Shown here: piece by piece, positions 37,196 through 49,615 of the stretch
Layout: each line of letters opens with the position of its first letter
Numbering within the stretch: the first letter of the stretch is position 1
Source of the DNA: Octopus sinensis
Taxonomy: Eukaryota
NCBI RefSeq assembly: GCF_006345805.1
Contig: NW_021831287.1
Location: 208,083-272,082 of the forward strand
DNA: 64,000 nt
Direction: 5' to 3'
Position numbers and translations under genes: made by a program
The notes under the pieces: generated by a model
The model's database searches: none
What the model was told of the DNA's origin: nothing
Seen by the model: only the letters and a program-made list of their open reading frames with translations

Positions 37196-38936
37196 CAGTC
37201 CGACCCCCAAATGGGGCACCAAGTGCCCCAAAATGCGGGGGTGCCCCAAAAACAGGGGTTTGTTATTTTTTTAAAAATTAAACCATTAATAAACATCAAA
37301 AAACATTTTTACTAAAATATTCAGTTATTTTCTTTTTATTTGTAGAGTTTTGTCTGATATTGTTCGTCAATTTCAGCCGAAAATCAAAAAATCTCGGAGC
37401 ATACTTGGTGCAACATTAGAAATTTTTTCTTCTAAATTGTTAAGCAGATCTTTTGTTTTTGCTACGACATTTTCACTATTTTCGGTTTCTGAATATGTAT
37501 CATAAACATTATTGTTCATGTCTTCGCATTCTCCATCAATTGTTTCGTTAACAACTTGATCTAAATGTTCATCTGTTAGACAGTTTTTTGTTGCATAAGA
37601 ATCACGGTTCCTGTCGATTTTCTTCCAACAATTAACAATACTTTTAGCATCTATTTTCTCCCATCCTTTTGAAATTAGCATCATAACCTGACGCAAATTT
37701 AATTTACCAATAGAATGTGTAAAATCGTTTTCGAAATCTTGAAAACATAAAAATTCCATTAAGAAAGAGGAATAATAATCTTTAAAAATCTTGATTATTC
37801 CCATATCCAAAGGTTGTAAATAGGGCGTTGTATTTTTCGGCAAAAATAAAAATTCGATGTTCGAACATTCGGCAGTTTTATGGCATCCCGCATTGTCAAG
37901 TATTAATAATATTTTTCTGTTGTTTTTGCAAAACGATTCATTTATAAGTGTAAGCCAACTCATAAAAGTCTTTCCAGTCATCCATGCATTTTGAGAAGAT
38001 GAATACAATAACCCAAAATCTTGAACATCAAAATTTTTTAGACACCGAGGTTTTTTATATTTTCCAATAATCAATGGATTAAGTTTTTCCCCGATTAAAC
38101 TGCAGCATAGAAGAACAGTGAGTCTTTCTTTCCCTTGTTTATAACCAAAACACGGTTCGCCTTGTTCAACAAATGATTTTTGAGGAGTTCTTTTTATAAA
38201 AAGCGCAGTTTCATCACAATTAAATATATTCTCAGGTCCATATTTTAATACTTTCTGGTCATATTTTTCAAAATAATTTTTCACATAAGATAAATCACAT
38301 GAAGCTTTTTCACCACATATTGACTTGAATTGAAGTTCATGCCGCAATTTAAATCTATCAAGCCACCCATTGGAAGCTTTAAAAGAAGTAAATCCAATTT
38401 TTGAAGCTGTAACTAAGGCAATTTTTTTCAAAATAGGGCCTGAAATCGGAATTTTATCTACGCGTAGTCTTTGAAATATTTCAAAGACTTGATCATCAAA
38501 TTTATCTTTATCGGCTTTAAATGTGTCATATTCCTCAGAAATAGTATTGCCGTGTTGCAAGAAAGGTACAATATTTCGTTTTATTCTTGATATTGTTCCT
38601 TTACTTGTGTTGTACTTTTTCATTAGTTGCCTCTCAGATAAATTTTTCTTCAAAATTTCTTTAGCAATCTTCAATTTAGTTTCGTAATCCATAACCACAA
38701 CAATAAATATAAATTGAAAATAAAACAAAAAATAATTAATTTATTATAATTTTATTTTATTTTTAATTCCTTATAAATGATTTTATGGTGCCCCAAAAAT
38801 TCCATAATTTTTTATCGATTTTTATTTTTTTTCTGCCAAAATGTACTTTTGGAATAAAGTGCCCCAAATTGCGGGGGTGCCCCAAAATCCGAGGGTGCCC
38901 CACCCCTGGGGTCTGCCCCATTTTGGGGTCGGACTG
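37196..38936 (-). mobile_element. pogo/Tigger element B, near-intact
   Basis: TIR CAGTCCGACCCC(C/A)AAATGGGGCA, TA TSD, subterminal GTGCCCCAAA repeats. Confidence 0.95.
37373..38692 (-). CDS. Tigger/pogo DDD transposase (CENP-B-like HTH)
   Basis: MDYETKLKIA.., FKASNGWLDRFKLRH, IFNCDET, LILDNA and LQPLDMGII. Probable 1-nt frameshift before the C-terminal KKITEYF motif. Confidence 0.9.
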   Translation of the reverse strand: MDYETKLKIAKEILKKNLSERQLMKKYNTSKGTISRIKRNIVPFLQHGNTISEEYDTFKADKDKFDDQVFEIFQRLRVDKIPISGPILKKIALVTASKIGFTSFKASNGWLDRFKLRHELQFKSICGEKASCDLSYVKNYFEKYDQKVLKYGPENIFNCDETALFIKRTPQKSFVEQGEPCFGYKQGKERLTVLLCCSLIGEKLNPLIIGKYKKPRCLKNFDVQDFGLLYSSSQNAWMTGKTFMSWLTLINESFCKNNRKILLILDNAGCHKTAECSNIEFLFLPKNTTPYLQPLDMGIIKIFKDYYSSFLMEFLCFQDFENDFTHSIGKLNLRQVMMLISKGWEKIDAKSIVNCWKKIDRNRDSYATKNCLTDEHLDQVVNETIDGECEDMNNNVYDTYSETENSENVVAKTKDLLNNLEEKISNVAPSMLRDFLIFG

Positions 38937-39706
38937 TATACCATTCAAAATTAAACCTATTATCATATTTGACTTTGACAGAATGTGCAATTACAGATTG
39001 CACGACCTTGAATAGAGTGTGCAATTAACAGATTTTGAAAAACACTTTGATAGTTGAAACCACATTAGCAAAATCATTAACACAATTTACCACCAATTGA
39101 CAGCGCAATCAGAAGAATTTGCGTAAAAATATTAACTATTTAGTTAAGTTTTTCGTAAAGATAGAATTTATTTTCGGTATGCCTCATTTCCTAAACTTTT
39201 TTATTATTCAAAAATAATTTTTTCAATAGATAACTGAAGGAGGGAAGACGACCTTAAGAAAAGAAGTTTTTCGTAAAGATAGAATTTATTTTCTGTATGC
39301 CTCTTTTTTCCTAATATTTTTTATTATTCAAAAATAATTTTTTAAATAGATAACCGAAGGAGGAAAAACGAAGCTGAAGAAAAAACGGTCAGCTTAAGGT
39401 AATTAAATCTTATTTGTGTGTCGCTTTTTTGGCTGCTGCTACTCTGCCTGCCGCATCTCCGGCTGCCCCATTTCCGCCAGTGGTTTGTCTAATCAAGGTC
39501 ACTAAGCTAAATCTCCGGACTATAAAGGCTCTTAAGCATTATCTTAACTGGCTGTTAAAAAAATTAGACAGGTTGTTGCCGTGGCGGCAGAGATTTTTTT
39601 TGTTTATACTTTTTTACAAATTTTTAAAGTTTTTTCATTTCTTTTGTTTTTAAATTATTTATTTTTATTTGTTTTTTTTTATTTTTTTGTTATTTTCTAC
39701 AAATTC

Positions 39707-40171
39707 AACCGGATTGAATTTTTAAACTCCTTAGATCCCTCTGGAATGCCGAATCATCTTTTAAAGTTAAAGATAGGCGTTCCAGTGGTTTTATTACGAA
39801 ATCTTGCGCCACCTAAATTATGCAACGGAACGAGGTTAGTTATCAAAAATTTGATGGCTAACGTAATAGAGGCGACGATATTCACAGGTAAGTATAGAGG
39901 TGAGGATGTTTATATTCCACGAATTCCGATAATTTCTGATGAATTACCATTTAGATTTAAAAGGCTGCAATTTCCTTTGAGGATGAGTTTTGCAATGACA
40001 ATAAACAAGGCCCAGGGACAGTCATTAAAGGTAGTTGGGTTATTTTTAGAGAGTGAGTGCTTTTCACATGGACAGCTGTATGTGGGATGCTCGAGGGTAG
40101 GCAGAAGAGAAAATTATTCATATATGCCAAGGAAGGACGGACGACAAACATCGTTTATCAACAGGCGATAG
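39707..40171 (+). pseudogene. Helitron PIF1-family helicase C-terminal fragment
   Basis: [72 protein letters not shown]. Confidence 0.92.
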
Positions 40172-41724
40172 AATAGGGTTACATTAAACCAGGTAGTTTT
40201 ATACATCTACATAAACTTATAGTTGTTTGATGAAACAGGCCCTCCGCAGGAGCTAGGTCGCGGTGAGCGAGGCGAGCTGCCGAGCTAGTTTTTTATATTT
40301 TCAATATCCTCAACGTCTTGAAATGTATCATTTTCAGAATATTCAAAATTAAGAAATTCTTCGACTTCTAAGGGATCAAAAATGTCAGTTTTTTCTACTG
40401 CAATATCTTGAACTTCAACTACATGATTCTTTTTGAATGGGTTGCTTAATATTCCGAAACAATTTGCAATCGTTTTTTCAGACACATCTTCCCAAGCCAT
40501 TTTTACGAAAATTACAGTATCCTTTAGAGTTAACTTTTTGTAGGAACTGTATACTGAAATATTTTGCTGTTCCAACAAATCAGTCAAATACATTAACTTG
40601 TGTCGAGTAAAATGTGTTTTAAATGTTTTTATTATACCCAAATCCACAGGTTGAATAAGACCAGTACTATTTGGAGGAAAAAACAATATTTTTATGTTAT
40701 CCAAATTTGATGGAACACAATGTGAAGGACAATTGTCCATGAGAAATAAAATTTGCTTTTTTTCATTTTTGAGATGGTAATCAAAGTTAGTAAAAATTGT
40801 TCCTGTCATCCAAGCTCGTTTTGAGCTATAATAATCAATGAAACATTTATAGTCAAGATTTAAAGCATCTTGGCATTTTAGGTTTCGAGATCATCACAGG
40901 TTTCAATTTATGATTTCCACTCATATTTGAACATAGCATAATAGAAACAAGATCTTTGAAATTTTTATATCCTTGAAATCTGTTTCTACAAATACTCTTC
41001 GAAGGAATCAGCTTGTAATGCAATCCCGTTTCGTCCAAGTTATAAATTTGATCGGCATTATAACTCTTTGATATTTCTATGAATTTTTCGATAAATAAGT
41101 CGACATCTACTGGATCATTAGTTCTCATTTCTCCATGTAACTTGGTCATTCGAAAACCATGCCTCTTTTTGAATTTATGAAGGTATCCATTTGAGTTTTT
41201 AAAATTATCCAGTTTTAATTCAGCTGCGAATCTATCAGCCAAATACTGACATGAAACATCTTTATTTTGATTTTTATAAGTTAAAATCTGTATTTTTTGA
41301 TAAAAAGTGAGACGAGTATAATTACCACGAGAATTGTTCGAAGACATAAAATAACTGAAATTTTATTAATTTGCAAATTATATAAAATATGTTTTAAAAT
41401 TTATGGTCAATTTGAGAATTGGCCACTTTCAATGGAAATTCGAATTTTTCTTAAGATAATTTTATAAGTGTGGTCAATTTCAGAGGTGGCCAATTTCAGA
41501 GGAGTCACTGTAAATTCAAATTCAGAGCATTAAAATGAGAAGTAATGTCAACCAGAAATGCAAATTATGCAAGCTATTCAGGATCACAAAAGTATGAAGC
41601 ATCAAAATTTTTTACTTTCAGAAAATAATCGTACTTCATTATGCGAAGAAAACAATCGCTTCAACATCTATCCCCTGCTTAGCCATCTAACATTAGTGTG
41701 AAAGTATTATTGGCTTGTAACATA

Positions 41725-42135
41725 CAGTCAACCCTCGTTAATTTGAAAAGTTCAATAATCCCAATTTTTTAATTGAAATTATAAATTTTCTAACTTTTTC
41801 CTGCCAAATTTGATTCAAGGCTCCTAAAATTCAATAATCCGCGATCCGAATGCTAGTGTTAATATAATTTCGGATTAATTTTGTTTATTTTTATTAAAAA
41901 ATAATTCTGTTGATTAATTTTTTTTGTTAATTTTATCAAATTTAATTAACAGTACGCTTTTCGTAATTCTATGGTTAGAAAAAAGACTGAAATTAATATT
42001 CATCTAAAAGAACAGATTTTTAAAATTAAGGATTCGAGGAAAATGTCGCTGAATGAATTATCTCAAATTATCAGAAGAGAATTAAACCTGGATCTAGGAA
42101 ATTCTACTTTATCTGAAATTTTGAAAATAAAGAAC
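41725..42135 (+). mobile_element. pogo/Tigger 5' end (TIR + HTH), truncated
   Basis: TA|CAGTCAACCCTCG terminus; MVRKKTEINIHLKEQI..LGNSTLSEILK. Confidence 0.7.
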
Positions 42136-42416
42136 AATAGACAAATAGTGAGAGCTCAAACCCTTACTATAGACAAGCTTCTAAAATCATTATCTGCTTG
42201 AGAATTCATATATAGAATGGATATCTCGAATGGATGTTATTAACGGTTACCTGACTGATGAAATAGGGCTCTAAAAATTGGCAAATTGCATAGAATACAT
42301 TCTTGCCTATGACAGATTATGCAACTTGCTCTCCAGCAAATTCATAAAATCAAAACATTACTCCCAATAATGAAATATTAGCAAATGTATTTTAATTTTT
42401 TATGTTAAAAGATCAA

Positions 42417-43030
42417 TCAAAAAATGCTCACATTAGGACTGGGCTCCATACAACATCCGCTGTAGATCTCCCTTGTCTGAATCACTATGACTGGCAGAGA
42501 GGTATTCTTGTTTAGTTTCTTTATTTGCCATTTCAAAGAATTACAATCTGTTTTTAAAATTTGTTTTTTGGTCGCGTAGATAGTATTTTGTAATTTAAGC
42601 CTGACATTTTTTTGCCTTAAGGATATAATTGGAACTTCAGGATGCCAGGCTTTCATAAATTTTCCTCCAGTTTCAATCTTCTTTCCGATATATTTATCCG
42701 CTGTCGTATGTATCCCTTCAATTAGGCTATTCCAAATGTCTTGATTCGACTGAGCCATGTCCAGGTTTATCAACCGACATTCAATGTGTTATTTATAAGC
42801 TTCTTGAATAAGTAGATTGAAGCTTAGCTTTCCGATCATATATCCGGCTTCTCTAAAATTTTTGAGTATAGTCTTCTTTAAGCGCACGAGATACATTTTA
42901 ATGCTGGTTCTAGCCATAACGATTTTGTGATCACTGTCGACAGTTGATCCTCCATAAGAGCGTGAGTCAAGCAAAAAGCTTTTGTTTTTCATCCGACAGA
43001 GAATATAATTAATTTGATTGTATATAGATT
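42417..43030 (-). mobile_element. RTE-like LINE apurinic-endonuclease/linker fragment
   Basis: NQINYILC..LLDSRSYGGSTVDSDHKIVMA. Confidence 0.75.
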
Positions 43031-43159
43031 GATTCTCCTGTGCTATTCATCCTTCTAAATAAGTCATATAGTTTTATTATATAATACTAAAAAATATACT
43101 CTAGTTTTATTATATAATAATAAATAAATTGGGAAATAAAATTAGTTTGTAAGGTGCTC

Positions 43160-43634
43160 ATGTGTGACGATTTCGATGACCATTTATTAAGTCTAATTAG
43201 AGCTGAAAAAGAGAATAAAGAATTACTGAAAGTTATTTCTTACCACACAAAAATTTACTAGAAAAAACTAGACGAATCAAATTCGTCCTTACCTTCATTA
43301 TACAAAAATATCCTACATTTTAATAGACACGGTAAAAACATTAATTTATTCCATAAAGCTCAAAATCTACAAATAATTGCGAATAAATTCGACTTAATCA
43401 CCAAAAAAAAGTTCAAAGAAGAATCTCAAGTCCCTACGCTACGGATTGATGGATTATTGCCGGCAGATGTGTCCGCATTTCTTGAAAATGTAAATAAATT
43501 GTCGAATTTCAGAAATTGTCTTCAAAATTCGACGGTTTATAAATAATAGTCAAAAATAGGCCATGGAAGATTTTGGTAAAATTGTTCAACTTTTGGAGAC
43601 TGTTCGTCGATCCTTATATAATTACAATATTTGA
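43160..43634 (+). CDS. Small multi-exon orphan protein, absent from the ORF track
   Basis: MCDDFDDHLLSLIRAEKENKELLK|KKLDESNSSL..; a chain of GT-AG introns of 23-37 nt gives a continuous frame ending ..LLETVRRSLYNYNI*. Internal exon choice is uncertain. Confidence 0.5.
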
Positions 43635-45039
43635 TTGCCTGATTTTAAAATATTTTGTGTTTTAGAATATTTGTGTAGCTCATTCCTACGGTAGAAATTC
43701 TTTTCTAAAGTCAAAAATGAACTTTCGAAAACAACCGGGGCACAACGTAACTGCCAGAATTATTTTGTATTTTTTGATGATGGACGAGCACGCAAACGTG
43801 TCCCTGCAAGTCTCAATCATCAGGTCTTTCTTCCAAACTTGATGATTGAACTTAATTTTTCTTTGAGCTTTTACTCATCTTCCTTTTCATCTTCTTGTAA
43901 ATATTTATATAGTCTAATTTTTTATTTTTCAATTAAATGAATATATTTGCAATGAGAAATATTAGGAAAGTACATTTTTTGGTTATAGGCCTTCCACTGT
44001 CCTTTCTTGCATTTCGAATCGGTTTTTTACATGCCCACAGTGTTCAGCTTAAAAATCGCGTTACATATTTCAGGGTTTGGAATAGGATTAGTGCGTTTAT
44101 GTCGTATATATTGAATAAACATGACACTAAGTTCTTATATATTTTCTAACACATGCATCGCTAGGCAGCTATATTATAAAGAGTCTAATCTATTTTGCAC
44201 GTGTGGCAATAATTAAATTTTATTAATCAGAGATACAAGATTGCAATCGACATGTAAATTAAAAGAGTGAATATTGTCGACCGTATCGAAAAAAGTGTAA
44301 TTAGTTTCCTAAAAGTTATTAAAATTTGTGTGTTATTTACAAGAACGCTATACATTGGTGATTCATATTAAATGAAACAATAAAAAATATTTTAAAATAA
44401 TTTAAAACACATTTGTCACCCACGGTTAAACTGCATTTAATGATCACTATTCTTATAAAAATGATTTTGTTTACAAACCATTCAAAATTATTTAATTTTA
44501 ACGCTCTGAAGGAATGACGACGTTACTTCTCATGCTTTGATACCTTTTTTTAATTATGAAAGGTGAGAAGTACGCTGAGATTATATTTTTAAAATTTTTA
44601 TATAATAATGTTTATCTTAGTGGCGTGAATTTATTTGTGACTTGATTATAATTGAATTTTTTGTTCAAATTTGATTTACTTAGTCAAAATACATAAGACA
44701 GAAAAGTTTAGATAACATTATCAAATAAACTCTGTCGTTTACATTTATTGTGAATATTGCAATTACTCTGGAGGAAGAAGAATTTTTAGTTCTAATAAGT
44801 AATCTAAAGCACATTAATATGACTGATACTTTTAATTGACTATCTAATAAAGATTTACTAACGAAAACTCTGCCAATCAGTATAAAAATGAAATACTAAA
44901 CGAACCTTGCCGACAAACGCAAATGAACAGTCATTACCGGAAACCTAGGGTTTTACGTCACTTTTGAACTTTCTTGTTCTTCCTAAAAAATTTAATTTTA
45001 GCAAAAATTAGAAATATTGAATTCATGATATTTTCGAAG

Positions 45040-45690
45040 AAATAATATCAGAAGAAGTGGACAGTTATAAAAATGATGGCTTCTATCACTTAGAAATTCG
45101 TATAGATAATATATCCAACAAATTATTAGACCCATTATGGAAGAATAGCTCAATCTTATTTCGCGACGCGAGAGAAATTATATTTTTTAAAAGAATGTTG
45201 GGTTTCGTCTATTACTAAAAATATTTGACTCCCTTTGAAATATTCTTTAAGTTTTTCAACCTGTTTCACGAAAATAATGGAAACAAGATTTCTGGAATGT
45301 GTCTCACTAGGCAGTTTAAATCCCAAAGTTTCAAAAAAGTTTGAAAATAGACATCTCTTAATTTGAACAGCGGAATATTTGTTTTGGTCATCATTTCGAC
45401 CAAACTAATCGCGAAAGACTCTTCGGAAACCACATCTTTAGAAATTAACTTCATTGGGAAATTAGATTTTCCTGATTCTTATCTCTTTTTGTGTTTCAAC
45501 CTTTGGCAATGTTGTTCAACGTTAAAACTTTTTCCATATTTAACAGGAACACAACATTTTGAACAATAAAGTCTCCCGTTCGTTAGGAAGTCTCTCTTCG
45601 AATTCGTTAGGAAATTTGTTAATTATATTATATATTTTCTTTTTATTTGATTTTTTAGGTTTAGGCATCACAACAAATATATTTGCCCTA
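45040..45690 (-). mobile_element. CGGBP1-like hAT 5' fragment (family related to 10780-12280)
   Basis: Terminus TAGGGCAA; MPKPK.., zinc finger CSKC..VEQHCQRLKH, and TNIPLFKL. Confidence 0.7.
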
Positions 45691-46400
45691 GTTATAACCA
45701 AAACTTTTATTTCGTGAAATTTTTGCATAACCAGCAATTCCCCAGGATCGATCCCAACTGTTTTTTATGTTTAAATCTGGCACCTGTTCTTAATGATCCA
45801 ATATTCTTTGCCTTTCTCTACCCCATATCCGACAAGAGTAACTACATGATTTAATTCTGTGGCACAATGAAGATTATCATAACTCCTATTGAGCTGTACA
45901 AATGTTAATAACCTTCACGATAAAATTGAAAACTATTAGCTGATGAGTCGAGAGAAACTGTGAGGGGACCAATTTTGATTAACATTTTTAATAATGTTGA
46001 TTCAGAAACATTCTGTCGATTGACATATTTAAAGAAATTAATTTGATTTTTCTTGATATTACATGATTTTTTCTACAATAAATATGAATTCTGTCACCTT
46101 TCCTTTGTATGGGTAGGGGTACTGATAAGTCTCAGCTATCCCATCATTGTGAATGATGTAATCATAAACATCTGTAATTTTTCCTAGCCCATTTTACTGG
46201 TTTATTCTTGATGACTAGCCCATTTTACTGGTTTATTTCAAAGTATGTCAATTTTTAGGAAACATGTATTCTTGAGATAAATTCTTCGCTTTGTAGAATA
46301 ATGGAAATAACCAAACAATAGTGCATATTCCAACTGCTGGAATCCTACACTGAATCCCTTTAGTTTCTTTGCTTTTAGTATTGATATTCATACTACCATA
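45691..46400 (-). pseudogene. Cathepsin L-like (C1A) pseudogene, 3' end cut by hAT insertion
   Basis: VYDYIIHNDGI..YPYKGK, IGPLTVSLDSSANSFQFYREG, LNHVVTLVGYGVEKGKEYWIIKN|SWDRSWGIAGYAKISRNK. Tiny introns; catalytic Cys region disrupted. Confidence 0.85.
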
Positions 46401-46479
46401 TATAGGGTTTCATGATCTATTTCGGATTTTTAGTGATATAAAACAGAATTGTTGCAACCTTTGCCCATAATTAACTTCC

Positions 46480-46830
46480 ACCTTTGCCCGGAAACATTTT
46501 TATATGTTTATAAAACGTGCGTCGAACCATTGCTTACCTACGGGTTCAAGGGATGGTACCCTACTGCTGAGAGGGATGGCATTATCGCTAAGCTCGAAAA
46601 GACGAGACGATATGCCATCAAATTGGCAAATGGACTTCAGCTGGACCAACCCATCCCTCAAGAGATGGAAGACGCGACGGAAACGGTTGGAAGTGTTCTT
46701 GAGAGAGCCTTTTCCTCTCGAATCTCAAATTAAATAAAAAAATAGGGAAACAACGGAGAAGAGGCATACGTTGTCTCATTAACTTTCTCTCTCTTTTTCG
46801 ACTTTTCCATTTTAATAAAAAATTCATTCA
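46480..46830 (+). mobile_element. LINE 3' fragment (family of 21083)
   Basis: YKTCVEPLLTYGFKGWYP..KLEKTRRYAIKLA; ends in (ATTC)n. Confidence 0.7.
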
Positions 46831-47370
46831 TTCATTGTCGCAACCAAAATCAGAATTGTAACAATCAATGTCAGAATTGTCGCGAATAAAATCAGAATTG
46901 TTGCAATCAGAAAGGGCGAATATGGGGGAAGAAAAATCAAATTCCTCGTTTGGAACTAATCGATGGTCCTTGTCAGATTCTATAATCAGACAATAGGACA
47001 GGATTTAAAAATACTGACATCTGGGTTCTCCGCAAATCCTACATCACAGATAATTTTAAGGAATAAAATAGTTGTGCGCTTTAATCAAAAAATCACAAGA
47101 TCACTGTCAAAGTTAAAATATCCAGTTAAAAATAAATTTCAATTCTTTAATATTCAGTTTATTTCTACAATACAACAATTTACTTATTTTTAAATGAGAC
47201 CCAATTTACGCGATATCGAAAATTCTATGAACAAATCAGCTACTAATAGACTTTAAACAATTGATTTTCTGAGTCCCGATATTTCTCTTTCCGTATGCAG
47301 TAAGAAAGTTGACTCTACTGACAAATCAACTTACCTCGATAAAGAAACAGAGTATTTCAGCAACTGTAAT

Positions 47371-47416
47371 TTCTTATTGTGACAGAGAGATCCGGGTTCG
47401 ACTCCCGTCGCCGACA
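47371..47416 (+). pseudogene. tRNA 3'-half fragment (His GTG-like)
   Basis: TTGTGAC loop, T-arm CGGGTTCGACTCCCG and acceptor-like TCGCCGACA; no 5' half or A box. Confidence 0.45.
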
Positions 47417-47625
47417 TTATTAAATTACAAATTTAATTAACTTTTTGGCCATTAAATCATATAAGAGCACTGCTATCTTCCTTATCTTAAATTTAACACT
47501 ACTGATAAGCACACAATTCAATTTTCTTATTGATTGGACATACTCTACAACAAACAAACCCCACAAAAAACTTTCAAAAATTGAATCAAAAATAAGAAAC
47601 CAAAAATAACTATGCTTAAGAAACG

Positions 47626-47948
47626 TTAGATATCGTCGTCGGAAAGTACCATATCCTCAGGCACGAACGAATATTCAGACTGGTCCAGAGGCTGCCATTT
47701 AACATATTCTGAAATGGATTCGTCATATTCCATGTAATCCAAAAAATCATCCTCCATGACAATTGAGTTTTGGTTATCCATGAATTCAATTGAATCATCT
47801 ACTAAAATTGATAGATCAGGTCTTGGGGCGATTGGAGAAGTGGGAGGCTCAACAGTCTCTTTTTTGTTAATTTTCTCGTTCTTAAATAAGGAATTGAATA
47901 TACCTCTGCGATTAACTCGTTTTCTTTGTTAGATAACTTCTTATCCAT
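47626..47948 (-). CDS. 99-aa acidic KEN-box protein, securin-like candidate
   Basis: MDKKLSNKENELIAE | intron 47881-47903 | NEKINKKETVEPPTSPIAPRPDLSILVDDSIEFMDNQ..EDDFLDY..LSDDDI*. Confidence 0.6.
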
Positions 47949-48349
47949 GAACAGATAACAACAATTAATTCAAATTGCGCAATTTATTTTATTTATTAAT
48001 TTACAAATTCTGTGGTTAATATAATCGTAAATAAAAATTATTAATATTATCCCTGTAAATATTAAAAAAATATTTAAATAATTTTAATTATTCCTAGTCT
48101 GTATTTTTAATCTTTATTCCATAATTATAATTTTTTTATTTAATCAGTTTAATTAATAATAATTGTAATTTCAAATATATATTATTTTACAAAACTAATG
48201 AATCAAATCCCTAAAATAGTCACCTTTCCTTGTGGTCCCCTCAAAAACTTACTTTCCAAAAAGTCAATTATTCTCAAACAAAAACTATAAATATTTAAAT
48301 AATACAAAAAGTGTATTTATTAAAGAAAATGATATAGAAATAAAGTAAT

Positions 48350-49615
48350 TTAATTGTCGTAAGAAGACGACGAAGGCTCAACATCCTCAGTAGGTAAATT
48401 TAGGACAATCTTCCTCTGTTCAGAAATGTCTTCTTTAACCTGAGTAGAGGACAAAGAGTGTGAATCATCATCATATTGGGAAATAGTGGCATGGACAGAC
48501 CCAATTCTACACTCAAAAATAACCAACACCTCAAAACATGGCATTCCTTAGGCACAAGAATACATTGCTTGTTGGGAATATCCACTATAAACACATGCAA
48601 GCCCCCACAGTAGGAGGCCACACACAACCAACATATTCCTTCATGTCTCCACAAAAATGACTTTGTCGGAAATCCGTGAGATGGTATTTTCGCAGCAATA
48701 CTACTTCTTTGCATAGTCAAAGAAGAAGTACATGGAAGATACGACAAATAATTGCTGGCCATCCCCAAAATTGAGCTCGAAATTGACGGATTTAACTCAA
48801 AAATATGCACACTGTCCGAATCGGAACTGCAAACGAGGAAATTGTCTTCCACAAAGAGCAACGACGTTATTAATACATTCCTAGTTAAAGCCCGTCTGAA
48901 TTGGTGCACTATTTGGCCTGTTATGACACTGTGGACTTGAAGCACAATTCCTTCCACAGATGCCGCAACAATGAGATCTCCACTTGAATTGAATTCTAAA
49001 AGAGCAATATTTTTATCCGACACTTTAAAAGTATTCACACAATCCTAAATATATATATTATATATATAAACTAGTGTGGATTCATCAACGACGTTAGAAA
49101 TTGTTATATAACCGATATAAGGGACTGAAGGGAAGGCAAAATATGTCGGAAGGGTTGAAGGACAGATAGCCAGAGCAGTAGAATCGATCATTACATTAGT
49201 CAATGTGTGTAGCCAATTCAATCCTGAAGTGTCAAACACTTGAAGTGAGTGGACAAGCCTGACAATAATAATCTAAAATGTGATAATTCATTACATCAGA
49301 ATTGATTCTGAAATTGATTATATTTTCGGTGAAATCTAATCGTTTTATTTCAGATGAGGTCTCGTAGTTGAACAAGATGAGTTGACGAGGGGATCGGAAT
49401 TGTACAAAGGCGAGTAGAGTCCCTGTACAGTCTGCACAGTAGACGTCGCTGTAGCCTTTGGAGGATTCGAAGACTAGTTCAAAGGTGGCTGCTCCAGTAA
49501 ATGTAAAAACGCGGATTCCTCCGGTATATCCCACAGTCAAAGTTCTGAATTGTTTTTTAGGTTTATACCGGGAATAAGTCCCAAAACTCATGCAGTGAAT
49601 TTTTCTGTTCGACAT
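48350..49615 (-). CDS. WIPI/Atg18 (PROPPIN) beta-propeller, paralogue B
   Basis: IALLEFNSSGDLIVAASVEGIVLQVHSV..HQFRRALTRNVLITSLLF..FLVCSSDSDSVHIFEL; four ORFs joined by tiny introns. Confidence 0.88.

Larger units (their letters stand above)
35913..40288 (+). mobile_element. Non-autonomous Helitron
   Basis: A|TC 5' end with (TCTG)n microsatellite, PIF1 helicase C-terminal fragment, GC-rich subterminal stem and CTAG|T 3' end. Removing it restores the Tigger A reading frame. Confidence 0.88.
35529..41510 (-). mobile_element. pogo/Tigger element A, interrupted by a Helitron
   Basis: 24-bp TIR CAGTGACTCCTCTGAAATTGGCCA with TA on both sides. Transposase ORFs at 40285-41347 continue left of 35913 (..KQMGIQFYF). 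Confidence 0.92.
35109..41722 (-). mobile_element. hAT (GTF2IRD2-like) remnant split by a nested Tigger
   Basis: Terminus CAGGGGTCGGCA at 35109. VRWLS..AFLVDITSHFNALNLNL (41512-41700) continues as GKNL..SHIIAFENKINLW (below 35528) across the Tigger TA site. Confidence 0.75.

Noticed and set aside
38763-39024. Three short overlapping ORFs
   Set aside because: They span the GC-rich Tigger TIR and subterminal repeats; non-coding.
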